DNA from: Eledone cirrhosa
Taxonomy: Eukaryota
Length of the DNA: 64,000 nt
Reading direction: 5' to 3'
NCBI GenBank assembly: GCA_964016885.1
Contig: OZ024740.1
Coordinates: 26,226,001 to 26,290,000 of the forward strand
Shown one piece after another: positions 1 to 15,000 of the stretch. Under the pieces are notes generated by a model that saw only the letters and a list, made by a program, of their open reading frames with translations, was not told where the DNA came from and did no database searches. Within the stretch, counting starts at the first letter, position 1; each line of letters begins with the position of its first letter. A program made the position numbers and the translations under genes.

Positions 1-3000
1 ATTGATAAGATGAGGTAGGTAGTGATGGTTGTTATGGTGATTGTTAAGATGAGGTAGGTATTGGGGGTTATTATGGTGATTGTTAAGATAAGGTAGAAAG
101 TCGTGGTTGTTCTGGTGATTGTGATGATATGATAGGTAGGGTTGGTTGTTATGGTGAATTTTAAGATAAGGTAGCTAGTGGTGGGTGTTTTGGTGATTGT
201 TAAGATGAGGTATGTACTCGTGGTTGTTATGGTGATTATTAAGATGAAGTAGTTAATGTTGGTTGTTATGGTGATTGTTAAGATAAGGTACGTAGTGGTG
301 GTAGTTATGGTGATTGTGAAAATAAGGTATGTAGTGGTGGTTGTTATGGTGATTGTTAAGATGAGGTAGGTAGTGGTGGTTTTTATGGTGATTGTTAAGA
401 TGAGGTAGGTAGTGATGGTTGTTATGGTGATTGATAAGATGAGGTAGGTAGTGGTGGCTCTTATTGTGATTGTTAAGATGAGGTAGTTAGTGCTGGTTGT
501 AATGGTGATTGTTAAGATGAGGTAGTTAGTGGTGGTTGTTATGGTGATTGTTAAGATGAGGTGGTTTGTGGTGGTTGTTATGGTGATTGTTAAGATGAGG
601 TAGTTAGTGGTGGTTGTTATGGTGATTGTTAAGATGAGGTAGGTAGTGGTGGTTGTTATGGTGATTTTTAAGATGAGGTAGGTAGTGGTGGTTGTTATGG
701 TGATTGATATAATGAGGTAGGTAGTGGTGGTTGTTATGGTGATTGATAAGATGAGGTAGGTAGTGGTGGTTGTTATGATGATTGATAAGATGAGGTAGGT
801 AGTTGTGGTTGTTATGGTGATTGTTAAGCTGAGGTAGGTAGTGGTGGTTGTTATGGTGATTGTTAAGATGAGGTAGGTAGTGGTGGTTGTTATGGTGATT
901 GATTAGATGAGGTAGGTAGTGGCAGTTGTTATGGTGATTGTGATGATAAGGTATGTAATAGTGGTTGTTACGGTGATTGTTAAGCTAAGGTAGGTAGTAC
1001 TGGTTGTTATGGTGATTGTTAAGATAAGTTAGGTAGTGGTGGTTGTTATGGTGATTGTTAAGATGAGGTAGGTAGTAGTGGTTGTTATGGTGATTGTTAA
1101 GATAAGGTAGGTAGTGGTGTTTGTTATGGTGAATGTTAAGATGAGTTAGGCAGCGTTGGTTCTTATGGTGATTTTTAAGATGAAGTAGGTAGTGGTTGTT
1201 GTTATGATGATTGTTATGATAAGGTAGTTAGTGGTGGTTTTTTATGGTGATTGTTAAGATGAGCTAGGTAGTGGTGGTTGTTATGGTGATTGTTAATATA
1301 AGGTAGTTAGTGGTGGTTGTTATGGTGATTGTTAAGATGAGGTAGGTAGTGGTGGTTGTTATGGTGATTGATAAGATGAGGTAGGTAGTGGTGGTTGTTA
1401 TGGTGATTGATAAGATGAATTAGCTATTGGTGGTTGTTATGGTGATTGTTAAGATGAGGTAGGTAGTGGTGGTTGTTTTGATGATTGTTAAGATGTGGTA
1501 GGTAATGGTGGTTCTTATCGTGATTGTTAAGATGTGGTAGGTAGTGGTGGTTGTTATGGTGATTGATAAATTGAGGTAGGTAGTGGGGCTTGTTATGGTG
1601 ATTGTTAAGATAAGGTAGGTAGTGGTGGTTGTTATGGTGATTGTTAAGATGAGGTAGGTAGTGATGGTTGTTATGGTGATTGATAAGATGAGGTAGGTAG
1701 TGGTGTTTGTTATGGTGATTGATAAGATGAGGTAGGTAGTGGTGGTTGTTTTGATGATTGTTAAGATGAGGTAGGTAATGGTGGTTCTTAAGGTGATTGT
1801 TAACATGTGGTAGGTAGTGGTGGTTGTTATGGTGATTGATAAATTGAGGAAGGTAGTGGGGCTTGTTATGGTCATTGTTAAGATGAGGTAGGTAGTGGTG
1901 GTTTTTATGGTGATTGTTAAGATGAGGTAGGTAGTGATGGTTGTTATGGTGATTGATAAGATGAGGTAGGTAGTGGTGGTTGTTATGGTGATTGATAAGA
2001 TGAGTTAGGTAGCGGTGGTTCTTATTGTGATTGTTAAGATGAGGTAGTTAGTTCTGGTTGTAATGGTGATTGTTAAGATGAGGTAGTTAGTGGTGGTTGT
2101 TATGGTGATTGTTAAGATGAGGTAGGTAGTGGTGGTTGTTATGGTGATTGTTAAGATGAGGTAGGTAGTGGTGGTTGTTATGGTGATTGTTAAGATAAGG
2201 TAGGTATTGGTGGTTGTTATGTTGATTGTTAAGATGTGGTAAGTAGTGGTGGTTGTTATGGTGATTGTGAAAATAAGGTATGTAGTGGTAGTTGTTATGG
2301 TGATTGTTAAGATGAAGTAGTTAGTGCTGGTTGTAATGGTGATTGTTAAGATGAGGTAGTTAGTGGTGGTTGTTATGGTGATTGTTAAGATGAGGTAGGT
2401 ATTGGTGGTTGTTATGGAGATTGTTAAGATGAGGTAGGTAGTGGGTGTTGTTATGGTGATTGTTAAGATGAGGTAAGTAGTGGTGGTTGTTATGGTGATT
2501 GTGAAAATAAGGTATGTAGTGTCGTTGTTATGGTGATTTTTAAGATGAGGTAGGTAGTGGTGGTTGTTATGGTGATTGTTAAGATGAGGTAGGTAGTGGT
2601 GGTTTTTATGGTGATTGTTAAGATGAAGTAGGTAGTGATGGTTGTTATGGTGATTGTTAAGATGAGGTAGTTAGTGGTGGTTGTTATGGTGATTGTTAAG
2701 ATGAGGTAGGTAGTGGTGGTTGTTATGGTGATTTTTAAGATGAGGTAGGTAGTGGTTGTTGTTATGATGATTGTTATGATGAGGTAGTTAGTGGTGGTTT
2801 TTTATGGTGATTGTTAAGATGAGCTAGGTCGTGGTGGTTGTTATGGTGATTGATAAGATGAGGTAGGTAGAGGTAGTGATGGTTGTTATGGTGATTGTTA
2901 AGATGAGGTAGGTATTGGGGGTTATTATGGTGATTGTTAAGATAAGGTAGAAAGTCGTGGTTGTTATGGTGATTGTGATGATATGATAGGTAGGGTTGGT

Positions 3001-6000
3001 TGTTATGGTGATTTTTAAGATAAGGTAGCTAGTGGTGGGTGTTTTGGTGATTGTTAAGATGAGGTATGTACTCGTGGTTGTTATGGTGATTATTAAGATG
3101 AAGTAGTTAATGTTGGTTGTTATGGTGATTGTTAACATAAGGTACGTAGTGGTGGTAGTTATGGTGATTGTGAAAATAAGGTATGTAGTGGTGGTTGTTA
3201 TGGTGATTGTTAAGATCAGGTAGGTAGTGGTCGTTGTTATGGTGATTGTTAAGATGAGGTAGTTAGTGGTGGTTGTTATGGTGATTGTTAAGATAAGTTA
3301 GGTAGTGGTGGTTGTTATGGTGATTGTTAAGATAAGAGAGGTAGTGGTGGTTGTTATGGTGAATGTTAAGATGAGGTAGGTAGCGTTTGTTCTTATGGTG
3401 ATTGTTAAGATGAAGTAGGTAGTGGTTGTTGTTATGATGATTCTTAAGATGAGGTAGTTACTTGTGGTTTTTTATGGTGATTGTTAAGATGAGCTAGGTA
3501 GTGGTGGTTGTTATGGTGATTGTTAATATAAGGTAGTTAGTGGTGGTTGTTATGGTGATTGTTAAGATGAGGTAGGTAGTGGTGGTTGTTATGGTGATTG
3601 ATAAGATGAGGTAGGTAGTGGTGGTTGTTATGGTGATTGATAAGATGAATTAGCTATTGGTGGTTGTTATGGTGATTGTTAAGATGAGGTAGGTAGTGGT
3701 GGTTGTTTTGATGATTGTTAAGATGTGGTAGGTAATGGTGGTTCTTATCGTGATTGTTAAGATGTGGTAGGTAGTGGTGGTTGTTATGGTGATTGATAAA
3801 TTGAGGTAGGTAGTGGGGCTTGTTATGGTGATTGTTAAGATAAGGTAGGTAGTGGTGGTTGTTATGGTGATTGTTAAGATGAGGTAGGTAGTGATGGTTG
3901 TTATGGTGATTGATAAGATGAGGTAGGTAGTGGTGTTTGTTATGGTGATTGATAAGATGAGGTAGGTAGTGGTGGTTGTTTTGATGATTGTTAAGATGAG
4001 GTAGGTAATGGTGGTTCTTAAGGTGATTGTTAACATGTGGTAGGTAGTGGTGGTTGTTATGGTGATTGATAAATTGAGGAAGGTAGTGGGGCTTGTTATG
4101 GTCATTGTTAAGATGAGGTAGGTAGTGGTGGTTTTTATGGTGATTGTTAAGATGAGGTAGGTAGTGATGGTTGTTATGGTGATTGATAAGATGAGGTAGG
4201 TAGTGGTGGTTGTTATGGTGATTGATAAGATGAGTTAGGTAGCGGTGGTTCTTATTGTGATTGTTAAGATGAGGTAGTTAGTTCTGGTTGTAATGGTGAT
4301 TGTTAAGATGAGGTAGTTAGTGGTGGTTGTTATGGTGATTGTTAAGATGAGGTAGGTAGTGGTGGTTGTTATGGTGATTGTTAAGATGAGGTAGGTAGTG
4401 GTGGTTGTTATGGTGATTGTTAAGATAAGGTAGGTATTGGTGGTTGTTATGTTGATTGTTAAGATGTGGTAAGTAGTGGTGGTTGTTATGGTGATTGTGA
4501 AAATAAGGTATGTAGTGGTAGTTGTTATGGTGATTGTTAAGATGAAGTAGTTAGTGCTGGTTGTAATGGTGATTGTTAAGATGAGGTAGTTAGTGGTGGT
4601 TGTTATGGTGATTGTTAAGATGAGGTAGGTATTGGTGGTTGTTATGGAGATTGTTAAGATGAGGTAGGTAGTGGGTGTTGTTATGGTGATTGTTAAGATG
4701 AGGTAAGTAGTGGTGGTTGTTATGGTGATTGTGAAAATAAGGTATGTAGTGTCGTTGTTATGGTGATTTTTAAGATGAGGTAGGTAGTGGTGGTTGTTAT
4801 GGTGATTGTTAAGATGAGGTAGGTAGTGGTGGTTTTTATGGTGATTGTTAAGATGAAGTAGGTAGTGATGGTTGTTATGGTGATTGTTAAGATGAGGTAG
4901 TTAGTGGTGGTTGTTATGGTGATTGTTAAGATGAGGTAGGTAGTGGTGGTTGTTATGGTGATTTTTAAGATGAGGTAGGTAGTGGTTGTTGTTATGATGA
5001 TTGTTATGATGAGGTAGTTAGTGGTGGTTTTTTATGGTGATTGTTAAGATGAGCTAGGTCGTGGTGGTTGTTATGGTGATTGATAAGATGAGGTAGGTAG
5101 AGGTAGTGATGGTTGTTATGGTGATTGTTAAGATGAGGTAGGTATTGGGGGTTATTATGGTGATTGTTAAGATAAGGTAGAAAGTCGTGGTTGTTATGGT
5201 GATTGTGATGATATGATAGGTAGGGTTGGTTGTTATGGTGATTTTTAAGATAAGGTAGCTAGTGGTGGGTGTTTTGGTGATTGTTAAGATGAGGTATGTA
5301 CTCGTGGTTGTTATGGTGATTATTAAGATGAAGTAGTTAATGTTGGTTGTTATGGTGATTGTTAACATAAGGTACGTAGTGGTGGTAGTTATGGTGATTG
5401 TGAAAATAAGGTATGTAGTGGTGGTTGTTATGGTGATTGTTAAGATCAGGTAGGTAGTGGTCGTTGTTATGGTGATTGTTAAGATGAGGTAGTTAGTGGT
5501 GGTTGTTATGGTGATTGTTAAGATAAGTTAGGTAGTGGTGGTTGTTATGGTGATTGTTAAGATAAGAGAGGTAGTGGTGGTTGTTATGGTGAATGTTAAG
5601 ATGAGGTAGGTAGCGTTTGTTCTTATGGTGATTGTTAAGATGAAGTAGGTAGTGGTTGTTGTTATGATGATTCTTAAGATGAGGTAGTTACTTGTGGTTT
5701 TTTATGGTGATTGTTAAGATGAGCTAGGTAGTGGTGGTTGTTATGGTGATTGTTAAGATGAGGTAGGTAATGGTTGTTGTTTTGATGATTGTTAAGATGA
5801 GGTAGGTAATGGTGGTTCTTATGGTGATTGTTAACATGTGGTAGGTAGTGGTGGTTGTTGTGGTGATTGATAAATTGAGGTAGGTAGTGGGGCTTGTTAT
5901 GGTCATTGTTAAGATGAGGTAGGTAGTGGTGGTTTTTATGGTGATTGTTAAGATGAGGTAGGTAGTGATGGTTGTTATGGTGATTGATAAGATGAGGTAG

Positions 6001-9000
6001 GTAGTGGTGGCTCTTATTGTGATTGTTAAGATGAGGTAGTTAGTGCTGGTTGTAATGGTGATTGTTAAGATGAGGTAGTTAGTGGTGGTTGTTATGGTGA
6101 TTGTTAAGATGAGGTGGTTTGTGGTGGTTGTTATGGTGATTGTTAAGATGAGGTAGGTAGTGGTGGTTGTTATGGTGATTTTTAAGATGAGGTAGGTAGT
6201 GGTGGTTGTTATGGTGATTGTTAAGATGAAGTAGGTAGTGGTGGTTGTTATGGTGATTGTTAAGATGAGGTAGGTAGTGGTGGTTGTTATGGTGATTTTT
6301 AAGATGAGGTAGGTAGTGGTGGTTGTTATGGTGATTGATAAGATGAGGTAGGTAGTGGTGGTTGTTATGGTGATTGATAAGATGAGGTAGGTAGTGGTGG
6401 TTGTTATGATGATTGATAAGATCAGGTAGGTAGTTGTGGTTGTTATGGTGATTGTTAAGCTGAGGTAGGTAGTGGTGGTTGTTATGGTGATTGTTAAGAT
6501 GAGCTAGGTAGTGGTGGTTGTTATGGTGATTGTTAAGATGAGATAGTTAGTGGTGGTTTTTATGGTGATTGTTAAGATGAGGTAGGTAGTGGTGGTTGTA
6601 ATGGTGATTGTTAAGATGAGGTAGTTAGTGGTGGTTGTTATGGTGATTGTTAAGATGAGGTAGGTTGTGGTGGTTGTTATGGTGATTTTTAAGATGAGGT
6701 AGGTAGTGGTTGTTGTTATGATGATTGTTATGATGAGGTAGTTAGTGGTGGTTTTTTATGGTGATTGTTAAGATGAGATAGGTCGTGGTGGTTGTTATGG
6801 TGATTGATAAGATGAGGTAGGTAGTGATGGTTGTTATGGTGATTGTTAAGATGAGGTAGGTATTGGGGGTTATTATGGTGATTGTTAAGATAAGGTAGAA
6901 AGTCGTGGTTGTTCTGGTGATTGTGATGATATGATAGGTAGGGTTGGTTGTTATGGTGAATTTTAAGATAAGGTAGCTAGTGGTGGGTGTTTTGGTGATT
7001 GTTAAGATGAGGTATGTACTCGTGGTTGTTATGGTGATTATTAAGATGAAGTAGTTAATGTTGGTTGTTATGGTGATTGTTAAGATAAGGTACGTAGTGG
7101 TGGTAGTTATGGTGATTGTGAAAATAAGGTATGTAGTGGTGGTTGTTATGGTGATTGTTAAGATGAGGTAGGTAGTGGTGGTTTTTATGGTGATTGTTAA
7201 GATGAGGTAGGTAGTGATGGTTGTTATGGTGATTGATAAGATGAGGTAGGTAGTGGTGGCTCTTATTGTGATTGTTAAGATGAGGTAGTTAGTGCTGGTT
7301 GTAATGGTGATTGTTAAGATGAGGTAGTTAGTGGTGGTTGTTATGGTGATTGTTAAGATGAGGTGGTTTGTGGTGGTTGTTATGGTGATTGTTAAGATGA
7401 GGTAGTTAGTGGTGGTTGTTATGGTGATTGTTAAGATGAGGTAGGTAGTGGTGGTTGTTATGGTGATTTTTAAGATGAGGTAGGTAGTGGTGGTTGTTAT
7501 GGTGATTGATATAATGAGGTAGGTAGTGGTGGTTGTTATGGTGATTGATAAGATGAGGTAGGTAGTGGTGGTTGTTATGATGATTGATAAGATGAGGTAG
7601 GTAGTTGTGGTTGTTATGGTGATTGTTAAGCTGAGGTAGGTAGTGGTGGTTGTTATGGTGATTGTTAAGATGAGGTAGGTAGTGGTGGTTGTTATGGTGA
7701 TTGATTAGATGAGGTAGGTAGTGGCAGTTGTTATGGTGATTGTGATGATAAGGTATGTAATAGTGGTTGTTACGGTGATTGTTAAGCTAAGGTAGGTAGT
7801 ACTGGTTGTTATGGTGATTGTTAAGATAAGTTAGGTAGTGGTGGTTGTTATGGTGATTGTTAAGATGAGGTAGGTAGTAGTGGTTGTTATGGTGATTGTT
7901 AAGATAAGGTAGGTAGTGGTGTTTGTTATGGTGAATGTTAAGATGAGTTAGGCAGCGTTGGTTCTTATGGTGATTTTTAAGATGAAGTAGGTAGTGGTTG
8001 TTGTTATGATGATTGTTATGATAAGGTAGTTAGTGGTGGTTTTTTATGGTGATTGTTAAGATGAGCTAGGTAGTGGTGGTTGTTATGGTGATTGTTAATA
8101 TAAGGTAGTTAGTGGTGGTTGTTATGGTGATTGTTAAGATGAGGTAGGTAGTGGTGGTTGTTATGGTGATTGATAAGATGAGGTAGGTAGTGGTGGTTGT
8201 TATGGTGATTGATAAGATGAATTAGCTATTGGTGGTTGTTATGGTGATTGTTAAGATGAGGTAGGTAGTGGTGGTTGTTTTGATGATTGTTAAGATGTGG
8301 TAGGTAATGGTGGTTCTTATCGTGATTGTTAAGATGTGGTAGGTAGTGGTGGTTGTTATGGTGATTGATAAATTGAGGTAGGTAGTGGGGCTTGTTATGG
8401 TGATTGTTAAGATAAGGTAGGTAGTGGTGGTTGTTATGGTGATTGTTAAGATGAGGTAGGTAGTGATGGTTGTTATGGTGATTGATAAGATGAGGTAGGT
8501 AGTGGTGTTTGTTATGGTGATTGATAAGATGAGGTAGGTAGTGGTGGTTGTTTTGATGATTGTTAAGATGAGGTAGGTAATGGTGGTTCTTAAGGTGATT
8601 GTTAACATGTGGTAGGTAGTGGTGGTTGTTATGGTGATTGATAAATTGAGGAAGGTAGTGGGGCTTGTTATGGTCATTGTTAAGATGAGGTAGGTAGTGG
8701 TGGTTTTTATGGTGATTGTTAAGATGAGGTAGGTAGTGATGGTTGTTATGGTGATTGATAAGATGAGGTAGGTAGTGGTGGTTGTTATGGTGATTGATAA
8801 GATGAGTTAGGTAGCGGTGGTTCTTATTGTGATTGTTAAGATGAGGTAGTTAGTTCTGGTTGTAATGGTGATTGTTAAGATGAGGTAGTTAGTGGTGGTT
8901 GTTATGGTGATTGTTAAGATGAGGTAGGTAGTGGTGGTTGTTATGGTGATTGTTAAGATGAGGTAGGTAGTGGTGGTTGTTATGGTGATTGTTAAGATAA

Positions 9001-12000
9001 GGTAGGTATTGGTGGTTGTTATGTTGATTGTTAAGATGTGGTAAGTAGTGGTGGTTGTTATGGTGATTGTGAAAATAAGGTATGTAGTGGTAGTTGTTAT
9101 GGTGATTGTTAAGATGAAGTAGTTAGTGCTGGTTGTAATGGTGATTGTTAAGATGAGGTAGTTAGTGGTGGTTGTTATGGTGATTGTTAAGATGAGGTAG
9201 GTATTGGTGGTTGTTATGGAGATTGTTAAGATGAGGTAGGTAGTGGGTGTTGTTATGGTGATTGTTAAGATGAGGTAAGTAGTGGTGGTTGTTATGGTGA
9301 TTGTGAAAATAAGGTATGTAGTGTCGTTGTTATGGTGATTTTTAAGATGAGGTAGGTAGTGGTGGTTGTTATGGTGATTGTTAAGATGAGGTAGGTAGTG
9401 GTGGTTTTTATGGTGATTGTTAAGATGAAGTAGGTAGTGATGGTTGTTATGGTGATTGTTAAGATGAGGTAGTTAGTGGTGGTTGTTATGGTGATTGTTA
9501 AGATGAGGTAGGTAGTGGTGGTTGTTATGGTGATTTTTAAGATGAGGTAGGTAGTGGTTGTTGTTATGATGATTGTTATGATGAGGTAGTTAGTGGTGGT
9601 TTTTTATGGTGATTGTTAAGATGAGCTAGGTCGTGGTGGTTGTTATGGTGATTGATAAGATGAGGTAGGTAGAGGTAGTGATGGTTGTTATGGTGATTGT
9701 TAAGATGAGGTAGGTATTGGGGGTTATTATGGTGATTGTTAAGATAAGGTAGAAAGTCGTGGTTGTTATGGTGATTGTGATGATATGATAGGTAGGGTTG
9801 GTTGTTATGGTGATTTTTAAGATAAGGTAGCTAGTGGTGGGTGTTTTGGTGATTGTTAAGATGAGGTATGTACTCGTGGTTGTTATGGTGATTATTAAGA
9901 TGAAGTAGTTAATGTTGGTTGTTATGGTGATTGTTAACATAAGGTACGTAGTGGTGGTAGTTATGGTGATTGTGAAAATAAGGTATGTAGTGGTGGTTGT
10001 TATGGTGATTGTTAAGATCAGGTAGGTAGTGGTCGTTGTTATGGTGATTGTTAAGATGAGGTAGTTAGTGGTGGTTGTTATGGTGATTGTTAAGATAAGT
10101 TAGGTAGTGGTGGTTGTTATGGTGATTGTTAAGATAAGAGAGGTAGTGGTGGTTGTTATGGTGAATGTTAAGATGAGGTAGGTAGCGTTTGTTCTTATGG
10201 TGATTGTTAAGATGAAGTAGGTAGTGGTTGTTGTTATGATGATTCTTAAGATGAGGTAGTTACTTGTGGTTTTTTATGGTGATTGTTAAGATGAGCTAGG
10301 TAGTGGTGGTTGTTATGGTGATTGTTAAGATGAGGTAGGTAATGGTTGTTGTTTTGATGATTGTTAAGATGAGGTAGGTAATGGTGGTTCTTATGGTGAT
10401 TGTTAACATGTGGTAGGTAGTGGTGGTTGTTGTGGTGATTGATAAATTGAGGTAGGTAGTGGGGCTTGTTATGGTCATTGTTAAGATGAGGTAGGTAGTG
10501 GTGGTTTTTATGGTGATTGTTAAGATGAGGTAGGTAGTGATGGTTGTTATGGTGATTGATAAGATGAGGTAGGTAGTGGTGGCTCTTATTGTGATTGTTA
10601 AGATGAGGTAGTTAGTGCTGGTTGTAATGGTGATTGTTAAGATGAGGTAGTTAGTGGTGGTTGTTATGGTGATTGTTAAGATGAGGTGGTTTGTGGTGGT
10701 TGTTATGGTGATTGTTAAGATGAGGTAGGTAGTGGTGGTTGTTATGGTGATTTTTAAGATGAGGTAGGTAGTGGTGGTTGTTATGGTGATTGTTAAGATG
10801 AAGTAGGTAGTGGTGGTTGTTATGGTGATTGTTAAGATGAGGTAGGTAGTGGTGGTTGTTATGGTGATTTTTAAGATGAGGTAGGTAGTGGTGGTTGTTA
10901 TGGTGATTGATAAGATGAGGTAGGTAGTGGTGGTTGTTATGGTGATTGATAAGATGAGGTAGGTAGTGGTGGTTGTTATGATGATTGATAAGATCAGGTA
11001 GGTAGTTGTGGTTGTTATGGTGATTGTTAAGCTGAGGTAGGTAGTGGTGGTTGTTATGGTGATTGTTAAGATGAGCTAGGTAGTGGTGGTTGTTATGGTG
11101 ATTGTTAAGATGAGATAGTTAGTGGTGGTTTTTATGGTGATTGTTAAGATGAGGTAGGTAGTGGTGGTTGTTATGGTGATTGATAAGATGAGGTAGGTAG
11201 TGGGTGTTGTTATGGTGATTGTTAAGATGAGGTAAGTAGTGGTGGTTGTTATGGTGATTGTGAAAATAAGGTATGTAGTGTCGTTGTTATGGTGATTTTT
11301 AAGATGAGGTAGGTAGTGGTGGTTGTTATGGTGATTGTTAAGACGAGGTAGGTAGTGGTGGTTTTTATGGTGATTGTTAAGATGAAGTAGGTAGTGATGG
11401 TTGTTATGGTAATTGATAAGATGAGGTAGGTAGTGGGGGTTGTTATGGTGATTGATAAGATGAGTTAGGTAGCGGTGGTTCTTATTGTGATTGTTAAGAT
11501 GAGGTAGTTAGTGCTGGTTGTAATGGTGATTGTTAAGATGAGGTAGTTAGTGGTGGTTGTTATGGTGATTGTTAAGATGAGGTAGGTAGTGGTGGTTGTT
11601 ATGGTGATTTTTAAGATGAGGTAGGTAGTGGTTGTTGTTATGATGATTGTTATGATGAGGTAGTTAGTGGTGGTTTTTTATGGTGATTGTTAAGATGAGC
11701 TAGGTCGTGGTGGTTGTTATGGTGATTGATAAGATGAGGTAGGTAGTGATGGTTGTTATGGTGATTGTTAAGATGAGGTAGGTATTGGGGGTTATTATGG
11801 TGATTGTTAAGATAAGGTAGAAAGTCGTGGTTGTTATGGTGATTGTGATGATATGATAGGTAGGGTTGGTTGTTATGGTGAATTTTAAGATAAGGTAGCT
11901 AGTGGTGGGTGTTTTGGTGATTGTTAAGATGAGGTATGTACTCGTGGTTGTTATGGTGATTATTAAGATGAAGTAGTTAATGTTGGTTGTTATGGTGATT

Positions 12001-15000
12001 GTTAACATAAGGTACGTAGTGGTGGTAGTTATGGTGATTGTGAAAATAAGGTATGAAGTGGTGGTTGTTATGGTGATTGTTAAGATCAGGTAGGTAGTGG
12101 TCGTTGTTATGGTGATTGTTAAGATGAGGTAGTTAGTGGTGGTTGTTATGGTGATTGTTAAGATAAGTTAGGTAGTGGTGGTTGTTATGGTGATTGTTAA
12201 GATAAGAGAGGTAGTGGTGGTTGTTATGGTGAATGTTAAGATGAGGTAGGTAGCGTTTGTTCTAATGGTGATTGTTAAGATGAAGTAGGTAGTGGTTGTT
12301 CTTATGATGATTCTTAAGATGAGGTAGTTACTTGTGGTTTTTTATGGTGATTGTTAAGATGAGCTAGGTAGTGGTGGTTGTTATGGTGATTGTTAAGATG
12401 AGGTAGGTAGCGGTGGTTGTTTTGATGATTGTTAAGATGAGGTAGGTAATGGTGGTTCTTATGGTAGTTGTGAAAATAAGGTATGTAGTGGTGGTTGTTA
12501 TGGTGATTGTTAAGATCAGGTAGGTAGTGGTCGTTGTTATGGTGATTGTTAAGATGAGGTAGGTAGTTGTGGTTGTTATGGTGATTGTTAAGCTGAGGTA
12601 GGTAGTGGTGGTTGTTATGGTGATGGTTAAGATGAGCTAGGTAGTGGTGGTTGTTATGGTGATTGATAAGATGAGGTAGGTAGTGGTGGTTGTTATGGTG
12701 ATTGATAAGATGAGGTAGGTAGTGGTGGTTGTTATGATGATTGTTAAGATGAGATAGTTAGTGGTGGTTTTTATGGTGATTGTTAAGATGAGGTAGGTAG
12801 TGGTGGTTGTTATGGTGATTGATAAGATGAGGTAGGTAGTGGCGGTTGTTATGGTGATTGTGATGATAAGGTATGTAGTGGTGGTTGTTATGATGATTGT
12901 GATGATAAGGTATGTAATAGTGGTTGTTATGGTGATTGTTAAGCTAAGGTAGGTAGTAGTGGTTGTTATGGTGATTGTTAAGATGAGGTAGGTAGTGGTA
13001 GTTGTTATGGTGAATGTTAAGATGAGGTAGGTAGCGTTGGTTGTTATGGTGATTGTTAAGATGAAGTAGGTAGTGGTTGTTGTTATGATGATTGTTAAGA
13101 TGAGGTAGTTAGTGGTGGTTTTTTATGGTGATTGTTAAGATGAGCTAGGTAGTGGTGGTTGTTATGGTGATTGTTAAGATGAGGTAGTTAGTGGTGGTTG
13201 TTATGGTGATTGATAAGATGAGGTAGGTAGTGGTGGTTGTTATGGTGATTGAGAAGATGAATTAGCTACTGGTGGTTGTTATGGTGATTGGTAAGATGAG
13301 GTAGGTAGTGGTGGTTGTTTTGATGATTGTTAAGATGAGGTAGGTAATGGTGGTTGTTATGGTGATTGTTAAGATGTGGTAGGTAGTGGTGGTTGTTATG
13401 GTGATTGATAAATTGAGGTAGGTAGTGGGGCTTGTTATGGTGATTGTTAAGATGAGGTAGGTAGTGGTGGTTTTTATGGTGATTGTTAAGATGAGGTAGG
13501 TAGTGATGGTTGTTATGGTGATTGATAAGATGTGGTAGGTAGTGGTGGTTGTTATGGTGATTGATAAGATGAGTTAGATAGCGGTGGTTCTTATTGTGAT
13601 TGTTAAGATGAGCTAGTTAGTGCTGGTTGTAATGGTGATTGTTAAGATGAGGTAGTTAGTGGTGGTTGTTATGGTGATTGTTAAGATGAGGTAGGTAGTG
13701 GTGGTTGTTATGGTGATTTTTAAGATGAGGTAGGTATTGGTGGTTGCTATGGTGATTGTTAAGATGTGGTAGCTAGTGGTGGTTGTTATGGTGATTGTTA
13801 AGATGAGGTAGTTAATGTTGGTTGTTATGGTCATTGTAAAGATAAGGTACGTAGTGGTGGTAGTTATGGTGATTGTGAAAATAAGGTATGTAGTGTTGGT
13901 TGTTATGGTGATTGTTAAGATCAGGTAGGTAGTGGTCGTTGTTATGGTGATTGTTAAGATGAGGTAGTTAGTGGTGGTTGTTATGGTGATTGTTAAGATA
14001 AGTTAGGTAGTGGTGGTTGTTATGGTGATTGTTAAGATGAGGTAGGTAGTGGTGGTTGTTATGGTGATTGTTAAGATAAGGTAGGTAGTGTTGGTTGTTA
14101 TGGTGAATGTTAAGATGAGGCAGGTAGCGTTGGTTCTTATGGTGATTGTTAAGATGAAGTAGGTAGTAGTTGTTGTTATGATGATTGTTAAGATGAGGTA
14201 GTTAGTGGTGGTTTTTTATGGTGATTGTTAAGATGAGCTAGGTAGTGGTGGTTGTTTGATGATTGTTAAGATGAGGTAGGTAATGGTGGTTCTTATGGTG
14301 ATTGTTAAGATGTGGTAGGTAGTGGTGGTTGTTATGGTGATTGTTAAGATGAGGTAAGTAGTAGATGTTGTTATGGTGATTTTTAAGATGAGGTAGGTAG
14401 TGGGTGTTGTTATGGTGATTGTTAAGATGAGGTAAGTAGTGGTGGTTGTTATGGTGATTGTGAAAATAAGGTATGTAGTGTAGTTGTTATGGTGATTTTT
14501 AAGATGAGGTAGGTAGTGGTGGTTGTTATGGTGATTGTTAAGATGAGGGAGGTAGTGGTGCTTGTTATGGTGATTGTTAAGATGAGGTAGGTAGTAGATG
14601 TTGTTATTGTGATTGTTAAGATGAGGTAGGTTGTGGTGGTTGTTATGATGACTGTGATGATAAGGTAGGTAGGGTGGTTGTTATGGTGATTGTTAAGATG
14701 ATTTAGGTAATGTTGGTTGTTATGGTGATTGTTAAATGAGGTAGGTAGTGGTGGTTGTTATGGTGATTGTTAAGATGAGGTAGTTAGTGGTGGTTGTTAT
14801 GGTGATTTTTAAGATGAGGTAGGTAGTGGTGTTTGTTATGGTGATTGTTAAGATGAGGTAGTTAGTGATGGTTGTTATGGTGATTGTTAAGATAAGGTAG
14901 GTACTGGTGGTTGTTATGGTGATTATTAAGATGAGGTAGTTAGTGGTAATTGTTATGGTGATTGTTAAGATTAGGTAGGTAGTGGTGGTTGTTATGGTGA

